A stretch of DNA of 64,000 nucleotides, from NCBI RefSeq assembly GCF_009914755.1, contig NC_060926.1; one strand, 5' to 3'. The DNA comes from the human T2T-CHM13v2.0 reference genome, Homo sapiens. Made by a program: the position numbers and the translations under genes. Positions 36,591-63,229 of the stretch are shown here, in pieces; the first letter of the stretch is position 1; the number at the start of each line of letters is the position of its first letter. The notes below the pieces were generated by a model that made no database searches, was not told the origin of the DNA, and saw nothing but the letters and a program-made list of their open reading frames with translations.

Positions 36591-38194
36591 TTAGACAAAA
36601 AGGTATAAACAAGTGCCTGTTGTCAGATACACTTTCTTTTTCTCAATGGGTAAACTCTTCCCAGCTTCTGCCTGCATTTGGTCTCTCTCCAGAGCATTGA
36701 AAAATGGTGTTTTTGTCCAGATTTTATAGGAAAGTTTATCTGACAAAGCTGCTTTGCCATTACCAGAACCCAAAGTGCTGGGAAATGATTTTAAAAGGGA
36801 AGGAAATGGCAATTATTGAGCACCAGCTATGGTATTGGTATCATGCACTATAGTTGGGACTGTGTCTGTTAACTTAATCCTTAAACAGACTTCAACAGTT
36901 AGTTATAACCCTATTTTATGGAGGAGAAATAAGGCTTTGAGTTCATGTGGTACTGTAATTTTCCCAGTGTCATTTTGCCAGTAGTTTTGGTATAAGCGGG
37001 ATTAAACCTAGGTCTTGCCTTCAGAACCCATGTTCTTTCTATTTTACTCTGTCCTTTTTGGTTTCAGAAATTTAAGTGTGTGTAAAATTACTTCCAGTGA
37101 GTATTAACATAGGTTTCTAAGGCAGATTTTGGGATTCTGTTGTCTGGGGCTTTATAAAATAGATAAAAATCTTGGTGGTATGAGTATGATCCTTGAAGGC
37201 AAGGGAAGTAAAGAAATGACCTTTTAAGTTCCTTTTAGCCTTGTAATTTTATGATTCTATTTAGCTAGCAAAAATTTTAAGTACTTTTAATGAAATGTTA
37301 AGTTTAGGTATGTCATGATCCAGTAATATAACTGTTTAGTCAGTGACTGACTCGTATCTCCCTGAAAAATTCATGGAAGAAGAATTAGCTTGAGAGTATT
37401 AATAGAATAATAATGACTACAATGATGTTGAAATGAGTTCACATTTTTCATACCCACTCAGTAGATGGGAATGACACTTCAGTACTTAAAGTTCATATGG
37501 CAAATTTAAAATGAATTTGAATTATAAATTTTCTCAATTAGAAACTTCCCAAACTAAGTTATAACAATAAGTCAAATTTGGGACTTATATAAACTTTATA
37601 TAAACAGTTTAGATTCCTTTATTTGCATTATCTCAGAACATTTAGTTTTTTTATGGAGTATTAAAGTGGAGGAGTATATGTTTTATCAAAGCTGAAGTTT
37701 TTGGAAACTAAAGAAGGTTGAGGATCAGTCACTGATGGGAATGCAGTGTTTTTGAAATTCAGTAAATAAAAACAGAAGCAACATTGAGCTACTCACAACC
37801 TTGTTTGGAATGGGACATGTAAGATAAGGTTTGTAGTTTGTTTTTTTTCCTCTTCATTTTTATTTTTCCTTTAAATCGTAACCATAGTGTCTATAGCTTC
37901 TTTGGATATTATGTAGAAGAAAAAAAATAGGTGTTTTGTTATATCTCTGATTCATTCAAATTGGAAGTTTTGGGAATCTTGCTGTTATTGTTGTCAACAT
38001 TTTTATTGTAATATAAAAATGGCAGGAGATATCTTTAAGAGGCAGAATAGCACACATAGGTGATGAAGAGTATGCACTTCAAAGTGGTACAGCTTGTGTT
38101 GGAATCCTAGTTCTGTTGCTTATTTGCTTTGTGGCATTGTGCTGTCTCAGTTACTGTTAGTCATTATTTATTGTTTTTGCCTTTCTGTCTTAAT

Positions 38195-39290
<1,096 letters not shown>

Positions 39291-40344
39291 CTAAACAACA
39301 AACATCAATCTGCTATGAGAGTTTTTCATAAATTAATACTCATTTTCATTACACGACGTGCTAACTTAAATTTTACCACTTGGCTGGGTAGGGATCACAT
39401 TTTGTTATAATGAATGCAACAAAAAAGATTTTTCACAAAAAATAAGTTAACAAAGCCATAATCATTTACGGGAGATTTTGGCAGTTACATCTCTATTGCT
39501 GTGACTCTTAACCTTTTTTATGGTCTGGCATACAGAGGGTGTAATTTGGTATCATTAGTAATAACAGTTAATTTGATAATTCATTTATTACATACACAAC
39601 ACATTGCCTGGTATATGCTTAGTACATGTTTGTTGATTGACTCCCCAGAATACACGATTAACCCCTTGAACTTGTCATGTTCCCTTTGTATAAGATATGC
39701 AGTGTAAACAGACCACATTTACTTACCTGGGAATTTTGTTAAAATATGGTGATGGTGGCATTTTTAAAAGCATTATACAGAAGATGGAAAGTCTTCTGGA
39801 TGGTCTTGTACCTTTTAAAATAACTGTAGTTTAATTTTTCTGCATTTAGTTTTATAATTAACCATTTTCTGTACTTTTTTTTCTTTATTTAGTCATTTTT
39901 CCCTTTAGGTTTTTGATTTAGTGATTTGATTTTTCCTTCTAATGAATTTCATATAAATTGGCAAGTTTTATGGATGAGTCATTTTCTAAAACTTTGTAAA
40001 AATGGTTGTTGAGAATTTCAATTGCATTTTTCCATAGAACAGATGTGTTTAAGATATGTTTACAGGGTAGCAAATAAAATATTAATTTTTTCTCTCTACT
40101 TTTGGGGCCATGTCATAAAAGATTCTTCATCATCTCAACTACTTCTTTTTGTTCGTTTTATTCATTTTTTTCATTTATTTATTTGTAGAGAGCCTACTGT
40201 GCAGTAGGAATTATCCCCCTCACTTCCTGTTTATTAAAACAACCTTCTACCCCTGCCCTCCCTCACCTCCAGATTATTAAACCCTTTTCCCTTTACTCCA
40301 CAGTCATTTTATCTCAGCTGTCATACTTTCTGTGCCTCCCTCCA

Positions 40345-40787
40345 GGAAAGGAAAAAAAATTTTTATCTGAGGAATGGGAGCTTCTTTAAATTATCCATCA
40401 GAAAGAGTCATTTAAAATGTAACAGCAGTCTCACCTCTCCTGAGCTAAATAATTACCTTGAAGCCACTTGCCATGTGGGTTGTTAAATGATGCCAATGGC
40501 CATAAAATGCCATACGATGGGTATTATAATTCATACCCTGTAGTTCAACAATGTATAGCCAATCACTAATCAGTGTTATCTCTGTAAACCAATGAGAATT
40601 CCTGTCAAACAACTTGGTATCAGCTCACTCCTTGTTTCCTTTAAAAACCTGTTTGTAACAGAGGCAGACAGACAGACAGAACACCCCCCAAGGCAACTTG
40701 GAAATGTGTCCCGGGCTGCAGTCCTCAACTTTGGCCCAAATAAAATCCCTCTGTTATTTTGCCTCAGCTTCTTCTTTTAGGTCAACA
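40345..40787 (+). mobile_element. Solo ERV1-class LTR (MER4 group; exact family uncertain)
   Basis: Two CCAAT boxes, tttaaaaa TATA-like site, AATAAA at 40739, terminal taggtcaaca. Confidence 0.65.
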
Positions 40788-40918
40788 TGTGTAACTAATG
40801 ACTTGGAGCTGTTCAGGCAGTTAGAGTTCAACCAGTTTAAAAGCCACATAGCTCATCGTGGATAGAAGGACTTTACCATGGTATATAATGGGTGTTCTTT
40901 CTGTCTTTAGTTTTTTAA

Positions 40919-41149
<231 letters not shown>

Positions 41150-41926
41150 TAGTAGAGATGGGGTTTCTCCATGTTGGTCAGGCTGGTCTCGAACTCATGA
41201 CCTCGTGATCCGCCCAAAGTGCTAGGATTACAAGCGTGAGCCACCACGCCCGGCCTGTAAAGGGAATTCTTAATCCAGAGTCTTGGGTCTCTTTAAATTG
41301 TATGCATTCTTAATTTTGAATGTGAATATGCACAATTTTCTTGGGAGGTGGTCCATAGCTTTTGTCAGATACTCAAAGGAGCCCATGACCCCAAAAAGGT
41401 TAAATAAAAGCTAACGTTTAAAAATATTTTGGTATATATTCATTATTTTAAAAATTAATGTATTTCATGTTGACAGAATTTATATATACAAAGGCTTACT
41501 TGAACATGTACTTTTGGGACAGCTTGTATGATAGAGACTACAGGTTTGTGTGGAAGCCACAGTTTATGCACATACAGGACTGGTAGTTTTTAAGTTGGTG
41601 AAATTTGTCCTTGATACCCTTCTACCATCTTACCCTTTTTCATAATCCTAGTATCCTGGCCTTGAGGCCCAGAGCCTCATTTTACTGGCCCTTAAATGCT
41701 CCAAAATTACCCACTTTTTTCCTTTGTTTCCAGTCTCTACCCCCCTAACTTCATCCCCTGTCCAAAATATTATGCTAATCCTAATCAGTGGAAAGCAGTT
41801 TTATTAATTTATTTAAAATATTTGAATGGATGGTAATTACTTGATGTTACAAAAATAGTTTGGTTTCATATTTTACTAAAATAGTCACAGAAACTTCTTT
41901 TAGGCTCCTATCTTTGAATTCCTTTC

Positions 41927-45491
<3,565 letters not shown>

Positions 45492-45899
45492 CTTTGCATC
45501 ATTTAGTCCTCAAGTTTTTAACGTTTAAAAAAAAATGCTTCTGGAATTTCAGTAAAATGTAAGAAAAGTTAAGTAAACACTTTAAAATTATATGGGGAAA
45601 TATTTTGGGGCAAGGTATCTGTCTAAGGGCCTAGAAGGCTGTCCTGTGGAGCCAGTCCCCACTGTTTCCCTTGTTCTTTCTTTTCTACTTTTTGAGTAAC
45701 AAATTCTTTCATTAAAAAATTTTAGAGACCTTTAATTACAAAAATAATGTAACCACACCAAATGATGCATATGTATAAAAAAGTGATAGTCCCTTCCTCA
45801 TCACTTCTCCATTCATCTACTTTTCAGAACAACTTTTAACAGTTCCATGTGTGCACATTATACCTTGAAAAAAAGATGAGTAACTTTTTATTACAGTTA

Positions 45900-49020
<3,121 letters not shown>

Positions 49021-49110
49021 TTTTATTTTAATTACTATAAATTTGTTATACATTCTGGTAGGACAAATATCCCCCCATTATTTCCTTCTTCAATCACTGG
49101 GCTATATTAG

Positions 49111-49185
49111 TCCCCTCCCCTCCCCTCCCCTCCCCTCCCCTCCCCTCCCCTCCCCTGCCCTCCCCTCCCCTCTCCTTTCCTTTCC
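49111..49185. repeat. (CCCCT)n pentamer repeat at an Alu tail
   Basis: About 12 units; G-rich on the minus strand. Confidence 0.95.
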
Positions 49186-49750
<565 letters not shown>

Positions 49751-50312
49751 CCTATACTACTTTCTGATTGTCTTTATTCCTTACTTCTCCATGCTTTCCC
49801 CTTCCTTACCTTCTCTTTCTCATTTGTTTTTCTCCTTCTAGTGTGTTCAGATGAATTCTCCTGAACTAATGCTGTCATTATATTATGAGACTTCACAGAA
49901 GCCTTCAATGGCTTTCCATTGCCTACAGGGTAGTCTGAACTAGGACTGATATTCATAGGCTTCCATGGTCAGGTCTCTAATTTCTCCACCTTTTTTCTCT
50001 ACTCCCCTATAGGGAACTTTAGCTGAGTTGGGTTGTTTCCTGAATTTGCTGTTCAATTTCCTGCCCCAAATCCTCGTCTGTTCTTTCTTATCAGTTTTAC
50101 CTTACCTAAAAGCTAACAGGGATCCAATTTTCTTCATGAATCTACTGATGGCCTACTTATCTGGCATTTAATCATGTCTTTAATTATGTCCTTAGTCATG
50201 TCCACTTACCCTACTGGTAAATGAGATGGTAAATCATTTTACCACTTAATAGTTTGGTAACCTGGGACAGGTTTTTCAGTCTCTTAACTTTTCTCATCTA
50301 TAAAATGAGGTT

Positions 50313-50631
<319 letters not shown>

Positions 50632-51575
50632 TTAATTTTGTATGCACAGGGGTACACACACATGAATTATCTGGCTTAGTAGGTACTTAGCAGATGTGAG
50701 TGAGTTCCTTTCTTGAAGAGCAGGAAATTAATTCATACAGTCTGCTTTTACTTTAAAAAATACTTATAATGAACTTCAAGTATATGCAATTGGAGTAATT
50801 AAAATCCTTGCTGGATATACATAAATGTGATACATACTTATGAGCAGATGAGAAGATCATATATACAGAGGAGAAGGTCAGATCAGGAAATAAAACACAC
50901 AGGCTTAAAATGAAGCCAGGCTGGCTCAGAAAGGAGTATAGATTTTGACTGCTAAGGTAGGCCCAAGTGCCTATTAGATCTGAGTGCCCGAGATGATGCT
51001 AAATGGTACTTGTTTCCTTTAAAGAAGGCTTATTTGTGTTAACCAATGTACCTTATGCCTACGTGAATCAGTACCTGGCTAATTCTTTTCCCTGAGGATT
51101 TCTTATATTTGATCTGGTTTTTCACTTAACAGTTGGCTGTGTCCCCTTTGCTCAGGATCTCTTCCTATGACAGTTCTTAGGTAGTTGAATGTTCTCTGGT
51201 TGAATTGTGGTTCTTGGTGACTGAAGAAGGACTATCTCAAGTTCCCCTTTGTTTCTGAATTTCCCCTGTGGAATGAAAGTCAAAAGTTGCGTACAAAAGA
51301 GCTTTTGGACTGAGCCTCGATATCATTCCTTTCTGTACTTTTGTGCTTTTAGTGGGATGATCTTGATCCAGGCTGAAGGCCAGCCAGGCCACCTGTATAG
51401 AGTGGAATGTATCTAGATGACTGCGTTGTTTTTGTTCAATGATTAGAAACTATTTATTAATCCCAAATTGTCATGATCAAAATATCTATATCCATGTCTG
51501 CATAATACATATACTGAGCTGGAAATTTTGCCATGAAGCAAACGTTCATTAGTGTTAAGACCATATTACGTATTA

Positions 51576-51969
<394 letters not shown>

Positions 51970-52333
51970 TTAAAAGTGTTCTTCCACACTTTTGCTGTCT
52001 TTTGGGATTATTGTTTGTGGTCACCAGCAGACCAGATATCTGTTGGAATTGAGAGCTAGGTTTTTATTTGCATGCAACTTTGTGAGCATAATTGCATGTT
52101 TGTTTTAGGAAAGCTGCTTGAAAAATGTATGGTTCTAGGGTTACTTGTGACTAAAGAAACATTTGATTTATTTTATTCCAGAAATAGATGAAATGCTCAG
52201 TGAGTATTCTTTATTTTTAAAGATTTCTGCACATTCGGATTATAAACCGCCTGGGTTCTTTTAAGACAGAGTAGACAGATACAAAATATTGTGATTAAAA
52301 GAGAATCTTCTCAGTGTAAATTATTTTTAATTG

Positions 52334-55020
<2,687 letters not shown>

Positions 55021-56239
55021 GACATAGGAATACCTTTTGGATGGGGTTGTTTGCTATTTCAGCTTGTTAGATCACAGTGTATATATTACTGAAATATATG
55101 GATATCCAGTATGTTACTGGTTAACATACTGGTTAGGAAATATTTTCTAGTACCTTTGGAAGTTACAGGGGTTATTATTAATACTGAACAAAGGTAACAC
55201 CCTAAATACATATTAAGCATGTAGATACTGTTAAGTACCGGGGCTGCAAAGATGAATAGAACAATAGTCTTTGCTTTTCACAATCTAGGGGAGAAATAGA
55301 CATGTAAATAAATAATTAGAATAAGGTATCGTTCTTGTATTTGAACAAGATGCTGAGAAATAATCACTAACTGTTTGAAAATAATCAAAGGCAGATTTTC
55401 TATAGGAATTAATATTTAGGTTGAGTTTTGAAGAATGAGTTAAAAGTATACTGAAAGAATGAAGTAGAGAAGAGCAGTAGGAATAGCCTATGCACAGGTG
55501 TATAAAGAAAGCACACCTCTGGGGAAAAACAAGTTGTTAGGCATAATTGTAATACAAGGAAGATGGAAGGTAGCTGTAGGGGTAAAACTGGAAAGGAAAA
55601 GGGTCAGATCTGTAAGCTTTGTATTTCCACCAACGTGAGAAACTTGGCTATCTTGGAGGTGCTCGTGTTGAAACATTTGTATATTATAACTTCTAATTAT
55701 GTTACATTTTTATATCCTTTTAATGTCAGGTTTTTAAAATTTTTATACAATATGTGTAATACTATAATACATAATTGGAAATAAAAATATATGGAGGTGT
55801 ATAATCAGATTTTTACTGATAGAGGTCACTGTTACAGATTATGGAAAGCTGTTGAATATTTTAAGTGGAGGAGGGAACAATAGCAGATTTGTATTTTAGG
55901 AAGATAACCACGTGGAAGAAGGATGGAAGGCTATTAAAACAGTCCAGGAAACATATTGTGAAGGGCTTAATTAAGGCAGTGATCTTTATCTTACTGAGGT
56001 CTTTGGCCCTCCAAAGTTATGGCTTAGACTCTATCTTAGTTACCTAATGTTTATTGAGTAGGTTGAAAGATAAGTGGAAAGGATGGTTGGTGCCAAATTA
56101 TGATAATTAGTACCATGCTGTTGTTACATAATTGCCATTACTGTCTTTTCTTTAGGAAAAAGAGCATCTTCCTCTCACCAACCCTCACATTTTCCTCAGA
56201 AGTTATTTTTCTACTGCTTCTTTATCTCATTTTTAAGGG

Positions 56240-58310
56240 ATATTTTATTGAATTTTTTATTTGTTGGGTTATGATTTATACACAGCGAAGTTTACAGAAC
56301 TCATGTATGTAATTGTTTTAACAAATGTATATACCCATGTTACCACCATTCATATCAAAATGTAGAACATTTTTGTTATCCCAGAAAGATTGCTTGTTTC
56401 TCAATCCCAGAGGTAACCACAGTTTTGACTTCCTTCACTGTATATTTTAGTTTTTCCTGTTCTTGAGCTTTTTATAGATAGACTCATACAGTATGCACTC
56501 TTCGTATCTAACTTTTTTGCTGAACATGATGTTTTAAAAATTCACCCATATAGTATGTATGATTCTTTTTATTCTATAACTATACCACAGTACACTATCC
56601 TTTCTCCTATTGGTGGGCATTTAAATTGTCTCCATTTCTGGATTATTATTATCAAAGCTTCTCTAGAGAATTCTGTAGATATCTGCTTTCCTTTCTTTGG
56701 GTATATTCTTAGGAGTGGAGTTGCTAGGTCTTAGGGTAGTTACATGTTTACTTTTATTAAAAACTGGCAAATTCTTTTCTAAAGTGTTTTATCATTTTAT
56801 GCTCTTAGCCGTGCATGAGATTTCAAGTTCCTCTGTGTTCTCTGTGACACTTGGCATTGTCAGATTTTTATATTTAGTCATTCTGTTGGGTGTGAAATGG
56901 AATCTCATTGTGGTTTTAGTTTGCATTTCACTGATGACTATTGATAGTGAGTAGTCATCTGGTAATTAATCAGAATTACTGTTTATTGGTCATTCATAGC
57001 GCTTTCTGCTGTCTATTCTTTTGCTCATTAAAAAATTTGGATTGTTCATTTTTTTTATTATCCTCATATATCCTGGTTGCAAGTGCTTTTTCAGGTATGT
57101 ATTTTGTTTTTCCTGTAGTCCATTGCTTCCCCTAATCTTTTTTTTTTTTTTTTTTTTTTTTTCCTTAGAGATAGGGTCTTGCTTTGTCACCCAGGCTGGA
57201 GTGCAGTGGTACAATCATAGCTCACTGCAGCCTTAAACTCTTGGTCTCAAGTGATCCTCCTGCCTTAGCCTCCCTAAGTAGCTGGGACTACAGGTGCACA
57301 CCACCATGCCTAGCTAATTATTTTGTAGAGACAGGGTCTTGTTGCCCAAGCTGGTCTCGAACTTCTGACTTCAAGTGATCCTCCCTGATGGACCTCCCAA
57401 AGAGCTGAGATGACAGGTGTGAGCCACTGTGCCCAGCCACCTAATCGTTTTCTTAACTGTGTCTTTTGATAAGCACAAATTTTATTTAGATGAAGTTCAT
57501 TTTCTCTATTTTTAATTTTATTGTTAGTGCTTTTTGTGTCTGGTCAAAGGAATCTTTGCCTATCCCAAGGTATTTGCAAGATCCCAAGATATTCTCATGT
57601 TTTCTTCCATGTGAATATTTAATTATTCCAGCACCATTTGTTGAAAAGACTATTATTTCCCCCCTGAATTCCAGTAGCACCTCTGTTGTGAAGTCAAATG
57701 TAAGTGCGAATGTTATTTCTGGACTCTATTTCATTGATCTGTTTGTCTGTCTTTATGCCTATACTATACTGTCTTAATTATTGTAGCAAAGTGTTAAAAT
57801 CAGGTAGTATACTTATTCATCAAAATTATTTTAGCTGTTCTAGGTTCTTTGGATTTTCATATTAGTTTTAAAATCAACTTGTCAATTTCTACAAAATGCC
57901 TGTTGCTGATGTTTTGATTGGGATCATGTTGAATATATAGATTAACTTGGGGAGAACTGGTGTGTTCACAGTGTTTTATCTTTCAATCCATGTATGTGAT
58001 GTATCTCTATTAGGTCTTTAATATCTCTCTGCAGTGTTTTGAAGTATTTTAGGTAGAGTTTTTGCTCATCTTTCATTAAGTTTATTCCTAGATAATTTCT
58101 TTTTTTAATTGTAGTAAGGTATTTTTAAAACTTTCTCTTTCCAAGCATTTGTTGCTAGTATATAAAAATACAGATGGTTATTATATATTGACCTTGAATT
58201 TCATAACTTTGTAAACTCATCAGTTTTAGTCATTTGTTTGTAGATTCTTTTGGATATTCTACATACATGATCAGGTAATCTGTGAATAGGGACAGTTTTC
58301 TTTTAAATCT
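56240..58310 (-). mobile_element. Antisense L1M fragment with nested AluJ (57137-57438)
   Basis: L1 ORF2/3' motifs (ccagcaccatttgttgaaaagac). Confidence 0.7.
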
Positions 58311-58824
58311 ATACATTTATCTCTTTATTTTCTGGTTAGGATCCTCAAAGGTAATTTTTAATGAATTACTAGGTCAGTTTTGATGAACTAGAATTGTCAT
58401 TTCGGTTCGCATAGCAGATACATGCCTTACTGGAACTTGGTATCAAGTGACTATATCCTAATGGAATTGAATATGGGATGTTAGAGTGTTGTTTATCAGT
58501 TGAGTCTGTTTTGGAGACAGAACTTGGATGCCTTGTCTTTATTGAATACAATCAGATCTTCCTCTAGATAGTTGTTGGTTAAGGTTGACAATAGTACCGG
58601 AATCCAGAATTAGGGACAGACAGTATCTCTGTATCATTTAAAAAGATTTACTGCAAACTTGAAAAAGGGATTTCTCTCTCCTTTTCTGGACTTTCTTTTA
58701 CCTAGTTTTAGCCATAACTGCTTTATATTGGGCATTTCTTCTAGCAAAACAAGCTCTTATGTACATTATCATATTACTTACTGCCTCTTGAGACTTTGGT
58801 ATACGCAGTTGATGCCTTGATTTA

Positions 58825-59205
<381 letters not shown>

Positions 59206-59209
59206 AAAT

Positions 59210-60567
59210 TCTTTGCCCACTTTTTGATGGGGTTGTTTTTTCTTGTAAATTTGTTTAAGTTCTTTGTAGATTCTGGATCCATTAGCCCTTTGTCAGATGG
59301 ATAGATTGCAAAAATTTTCTCCCATTCTGTAGGTTGCCTGTTCACTCTGATAATAGTTTCTTTTGCTGTGCAGAAGCTCTTTAGTTTAATTAGATCCCAT
59401 TTGTCAATTTTGGTGTTTGTTGCCATTGCTTTTGGTGTTTTAATCAAGAAGTCTTTGCTAATATGCCTAGGTTTTCTTCTAGGGTTTCTATGGTTTTAGG
59501 TCTTATGTTTAAATCTTTAATCCATCTTAAATTAATTTTTGTATAAGGTATAAGGAAGGGGTCCAGTTTCAGTTTTCTGCATATGGCTAGCCAGTTTTCC
59601 CAGCACGATTTGTTAAATAGGGAATCCTTTCCCCATTGCTTGTTTTTGTCAGGTTTGTCAAAGATCAGATGGTTGTAGATGTGTCGTGTTATTTCTGACG
59701 CCTCTGTTCTGTTCCCTTGGTCTATATATCTGTTTTGGTACAAGTACCATGCTGTTTTGGTTACTGTAGCCTTGTAATGTAGTTTGAAGTCAGGCAGCGT
59801 GATACCTCCAGCTTTGTTCTTTTTGCTTAGGATTGTCTTGGCTATATTGGCGCTTTTTTGGTTCCATATGAAATTTAGTTTTTTCTAATTCTGTGAAGAA
59901 AGCCAGTGGTAGCTTAATGGGGATAGCATTGAATCTATAAATTCCTTTGGGCAGTGTGGCCATTTTCATAGTATTGATTCTTTCCATCCATGAGCATGGA
60001 CTGTTTGTCCATTTGTTTGTGTCCTCTCTTATTTCCTTGCCTCAGCAATCCCATTACTGGGTATATACCCAAAGGATTATAAATCATTCTACTATAAAGA
60101 CACAGGCACATGTATGTTTATTGCAGCACTGTTCACAACAGCGAAGACTTGAAACCAACCCAAATGTCCATCAATGACAGACTGGATTAAGAAAATGTGG
60201 CACATATAAACCATGGAATACTATGCAGCCATAAAAAAGGATGAGTTCATGTCCTTTGTAGGGACATGGATGAAGCTGGAAACCATCATTCTCAGCACTC
60301 TTAACACGGGAACAGAAAACCAAATGCTGCATGTTCTCACTCATAAGTGTGAGTTGAACAGTGAGAACACGTGGACACAGGGAGGGAAGCATCACACACT
60401 GGGACCTGTTGCGGGAGGGGAGGGCTAGGGGAGGGATAGCATTAGGAGAAATACCTAATGTAGATGACAAGTTGATGGTTGCAGCAAACCACTATGGCAC
60501 GTGTATAGCTATGTAATAAACCTGCATGTTCTGCATGTGCATCCCAGAACTTAAAGTATAATAAAAA
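59210..60567. mobile_element. 5'-truncated, 5'-inverted (twin-primed) L1PA: inverted part 59210-60039 (-), sense 3' part 60040-60567 (+)
   Basis: ORF2 fragments on opposite strands ([19 protein letters not shown] on -, MEYYAAIKKDEFMSF on +); L1PA 3' UTR with AATAAA at 60560. Confidence 0.9.
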
Positions 60568-61473
60568 GATTATGATTTTGGATGTGTATCATACATGACA
60601 GTTCAAATACTAATGAAAAGATTGATATTTGATGTACTTACGTAATAATACACACTTAGGACACTTAAAATAAGATTTAATTTAATTTAGAATTATAAAT
60701 ATCTTTCCAGGAATATATATAAAAATTCAGATGTTTACACTAGGTATAGCCATGAAAACATTTTAAAAATAGTAACTCACAGATTAATTGCTTATATATT
60801 TTCAATCTAGTTTGGGGCTATCTGTGCTTGGCTAGTTGCTTGGTTGGTATTTCCTGCCTTATGTGGTGCTATGCTGTAATGACTGTTTACCTCTCCATTG
60901 GAAAAAATAGCTATGGGAGATTAGAAGCTCTGTGGGAAAAATCCTTTTTTATGCTTAGGGTTCTGTATAAGTAAGGAGCTCTTTGGAACTCTTAATTAAT
61001 ATATGTTTTTCATTCAAGAAGTTGCTGTTCAAATGGAAAGACTTGAATGCCAAAGCTTGATAAAAGAAGCAGGAATCTGTTAAATAAGTGCTACAGGTGT
61101 CATGCCACTTAAATTGATTGTGCAGACTGCTTCTTTATGAAGCAATTTCTGGTGTCAAAAAATGCTATATGCTGTATTATTAATATATAGTGATGTGTTC
61201 ATGATTTTATATAGAGAATCTTGGAAAAAATTATTATTAATCTTTGTAAGTCACTTGATCGTTAATATTCTAGGAGAAATTTCTTTTTAAAGGAACACTG
61301 ATAAATCATTTATAAAATAATTTTCTCTTGGTTGCATTCACTTTTATGTTTTTCTTTGATTGTATGGAGGATATTTATAGGGCAGAAAAAGGGGAAAATA
61401 TCCCTGTCGTTAGTAAATATAATGATAGCTATTGATTAAGGTAAATATTTTGCCATTTTATTGGTACATATAG

Positions 61474-61606
61474 GGTATATTTACTTCTGGCACATGGGAA
61501 GAGAAATCAGATGAAATTTCCTTTGCTGACTTCAAGTTCTCAGTCACTCATCATTATCTTGTACAAGAGTCCACTGATAAAGAAGGAAAGGATGAGTTAT
61601 TAGAGG
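61474..61606 (+). CDS. RAB3GAP1: RAB3GAP1 exon 4 (GIFTSGTWEEKSDEISFADFKFSVTHHYLVQESTDKEGKDELLE)
   Basis: atatag| acceptor, GAGG|gtaagt donor; in frame with exon 3. Confidence 0.97.
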
Positions 61607-62909
61607 GTAAGTTATTTCTATATAATAATATTAACTTCTGATTTGTAGGAGTGGCTGTAATTTTGAATTATTAATTTAGTGTTCTTCCATAGTGTCAGTT
61701 TCTCTGGAACTGTTTTACATAAGCAAAGTTGTTTCACCACATCTGAGGTAGAGGATGAATTACATTGTCATTCATTTTTTAATTAATTAAATCAGCTCAT
61801 ATTTATTGAGTACCTAACATGTACCAGATACTCTTCCAAGCCCTACATTCCAGTAGGGAAGATAAGATAGATAAGTAAGTAACCATAATGAAAGTGATAA
61901 GTGCATCCTGAAGTACAGACAAAATTCTGTTGGAATTCAGAGGAGAAAAGATCACTTTTAATTGGGAGATTAGAGAAGGAGAATTAAGCAAGTAAGTTTG
62001 GCTTTGAAGGATTACAAATAAAGGAAAATCTGTTGATTAGAGGGTAGTATTTTGGATTTACTCTAGATTTTGGAGTCAAAACAAGTGGTTTAAAATTTTA
62101 TTTTTTCTACTTGCTAGTTAGTTGCCCCATCTAAGCTTGAGTTATCTCAGTTGTAAAATGAAGTAATACTACCTGGAGGGCTAAGTGAAGATTTAATGAG
62201 AAATTGTACATAAGCAAGTATCTCAGTACCTGACCCATGCCAGGTACTCAATAAATGGTGTCTATAATTGTTAATAGGTCAAATCATCCAAAATCTTCTG
62301 TCCTTAGATAAACTAGTGCATAACAGTGAGTGAGCAAGATACTGAATAAACATGAACTTTGGAGCTGCCAGTCAAATATCCTTCTTCATTCACTAAGCAA
62401 ATAAATAGGTAGAATGTGTTAAATTTTTTCTGATCATAACAGATTATCATTTGTAAGCTCAGACCTGAAAAAATCTGTGCTTTTTCTTGTGTAGGAATAG
62501 AATTTTGTTACCTTTTCTGTTACGTATATTCTTCTTAGAAACAAAACAATTAGATAACATATGCATTCAGATTCATAAACCAGGGCAGATAACATTAACC
62601 ATATATACATATATGTAAGGCAGTTATACAGCAAAAGAAAATAATTAAGCCAGAATGTGAATATGAGAACTTTAAGAGGAAGAGGGAAGTGTGCGCAATT
62701 GTTGGGAGGTCTCATAATAGCCCAGCAATTTTCAGGTTCAACGTTCTGCCAATTAATGAAGGAAACTATTCAAGATAGCGAAAATTTAAGTGCTGTTAAT
62801 TTAAGGGAAGATCATGCATCAAGGAAAAGCTGCTGTAGTAAAGAGGCTTAGAATCAGTGCTCTGAGATAAATAGATAAAGGAGACTGTGGTACAATGAAG
62901 GTGAATTAT

Positions 62910-63229
<320 letters not shown>

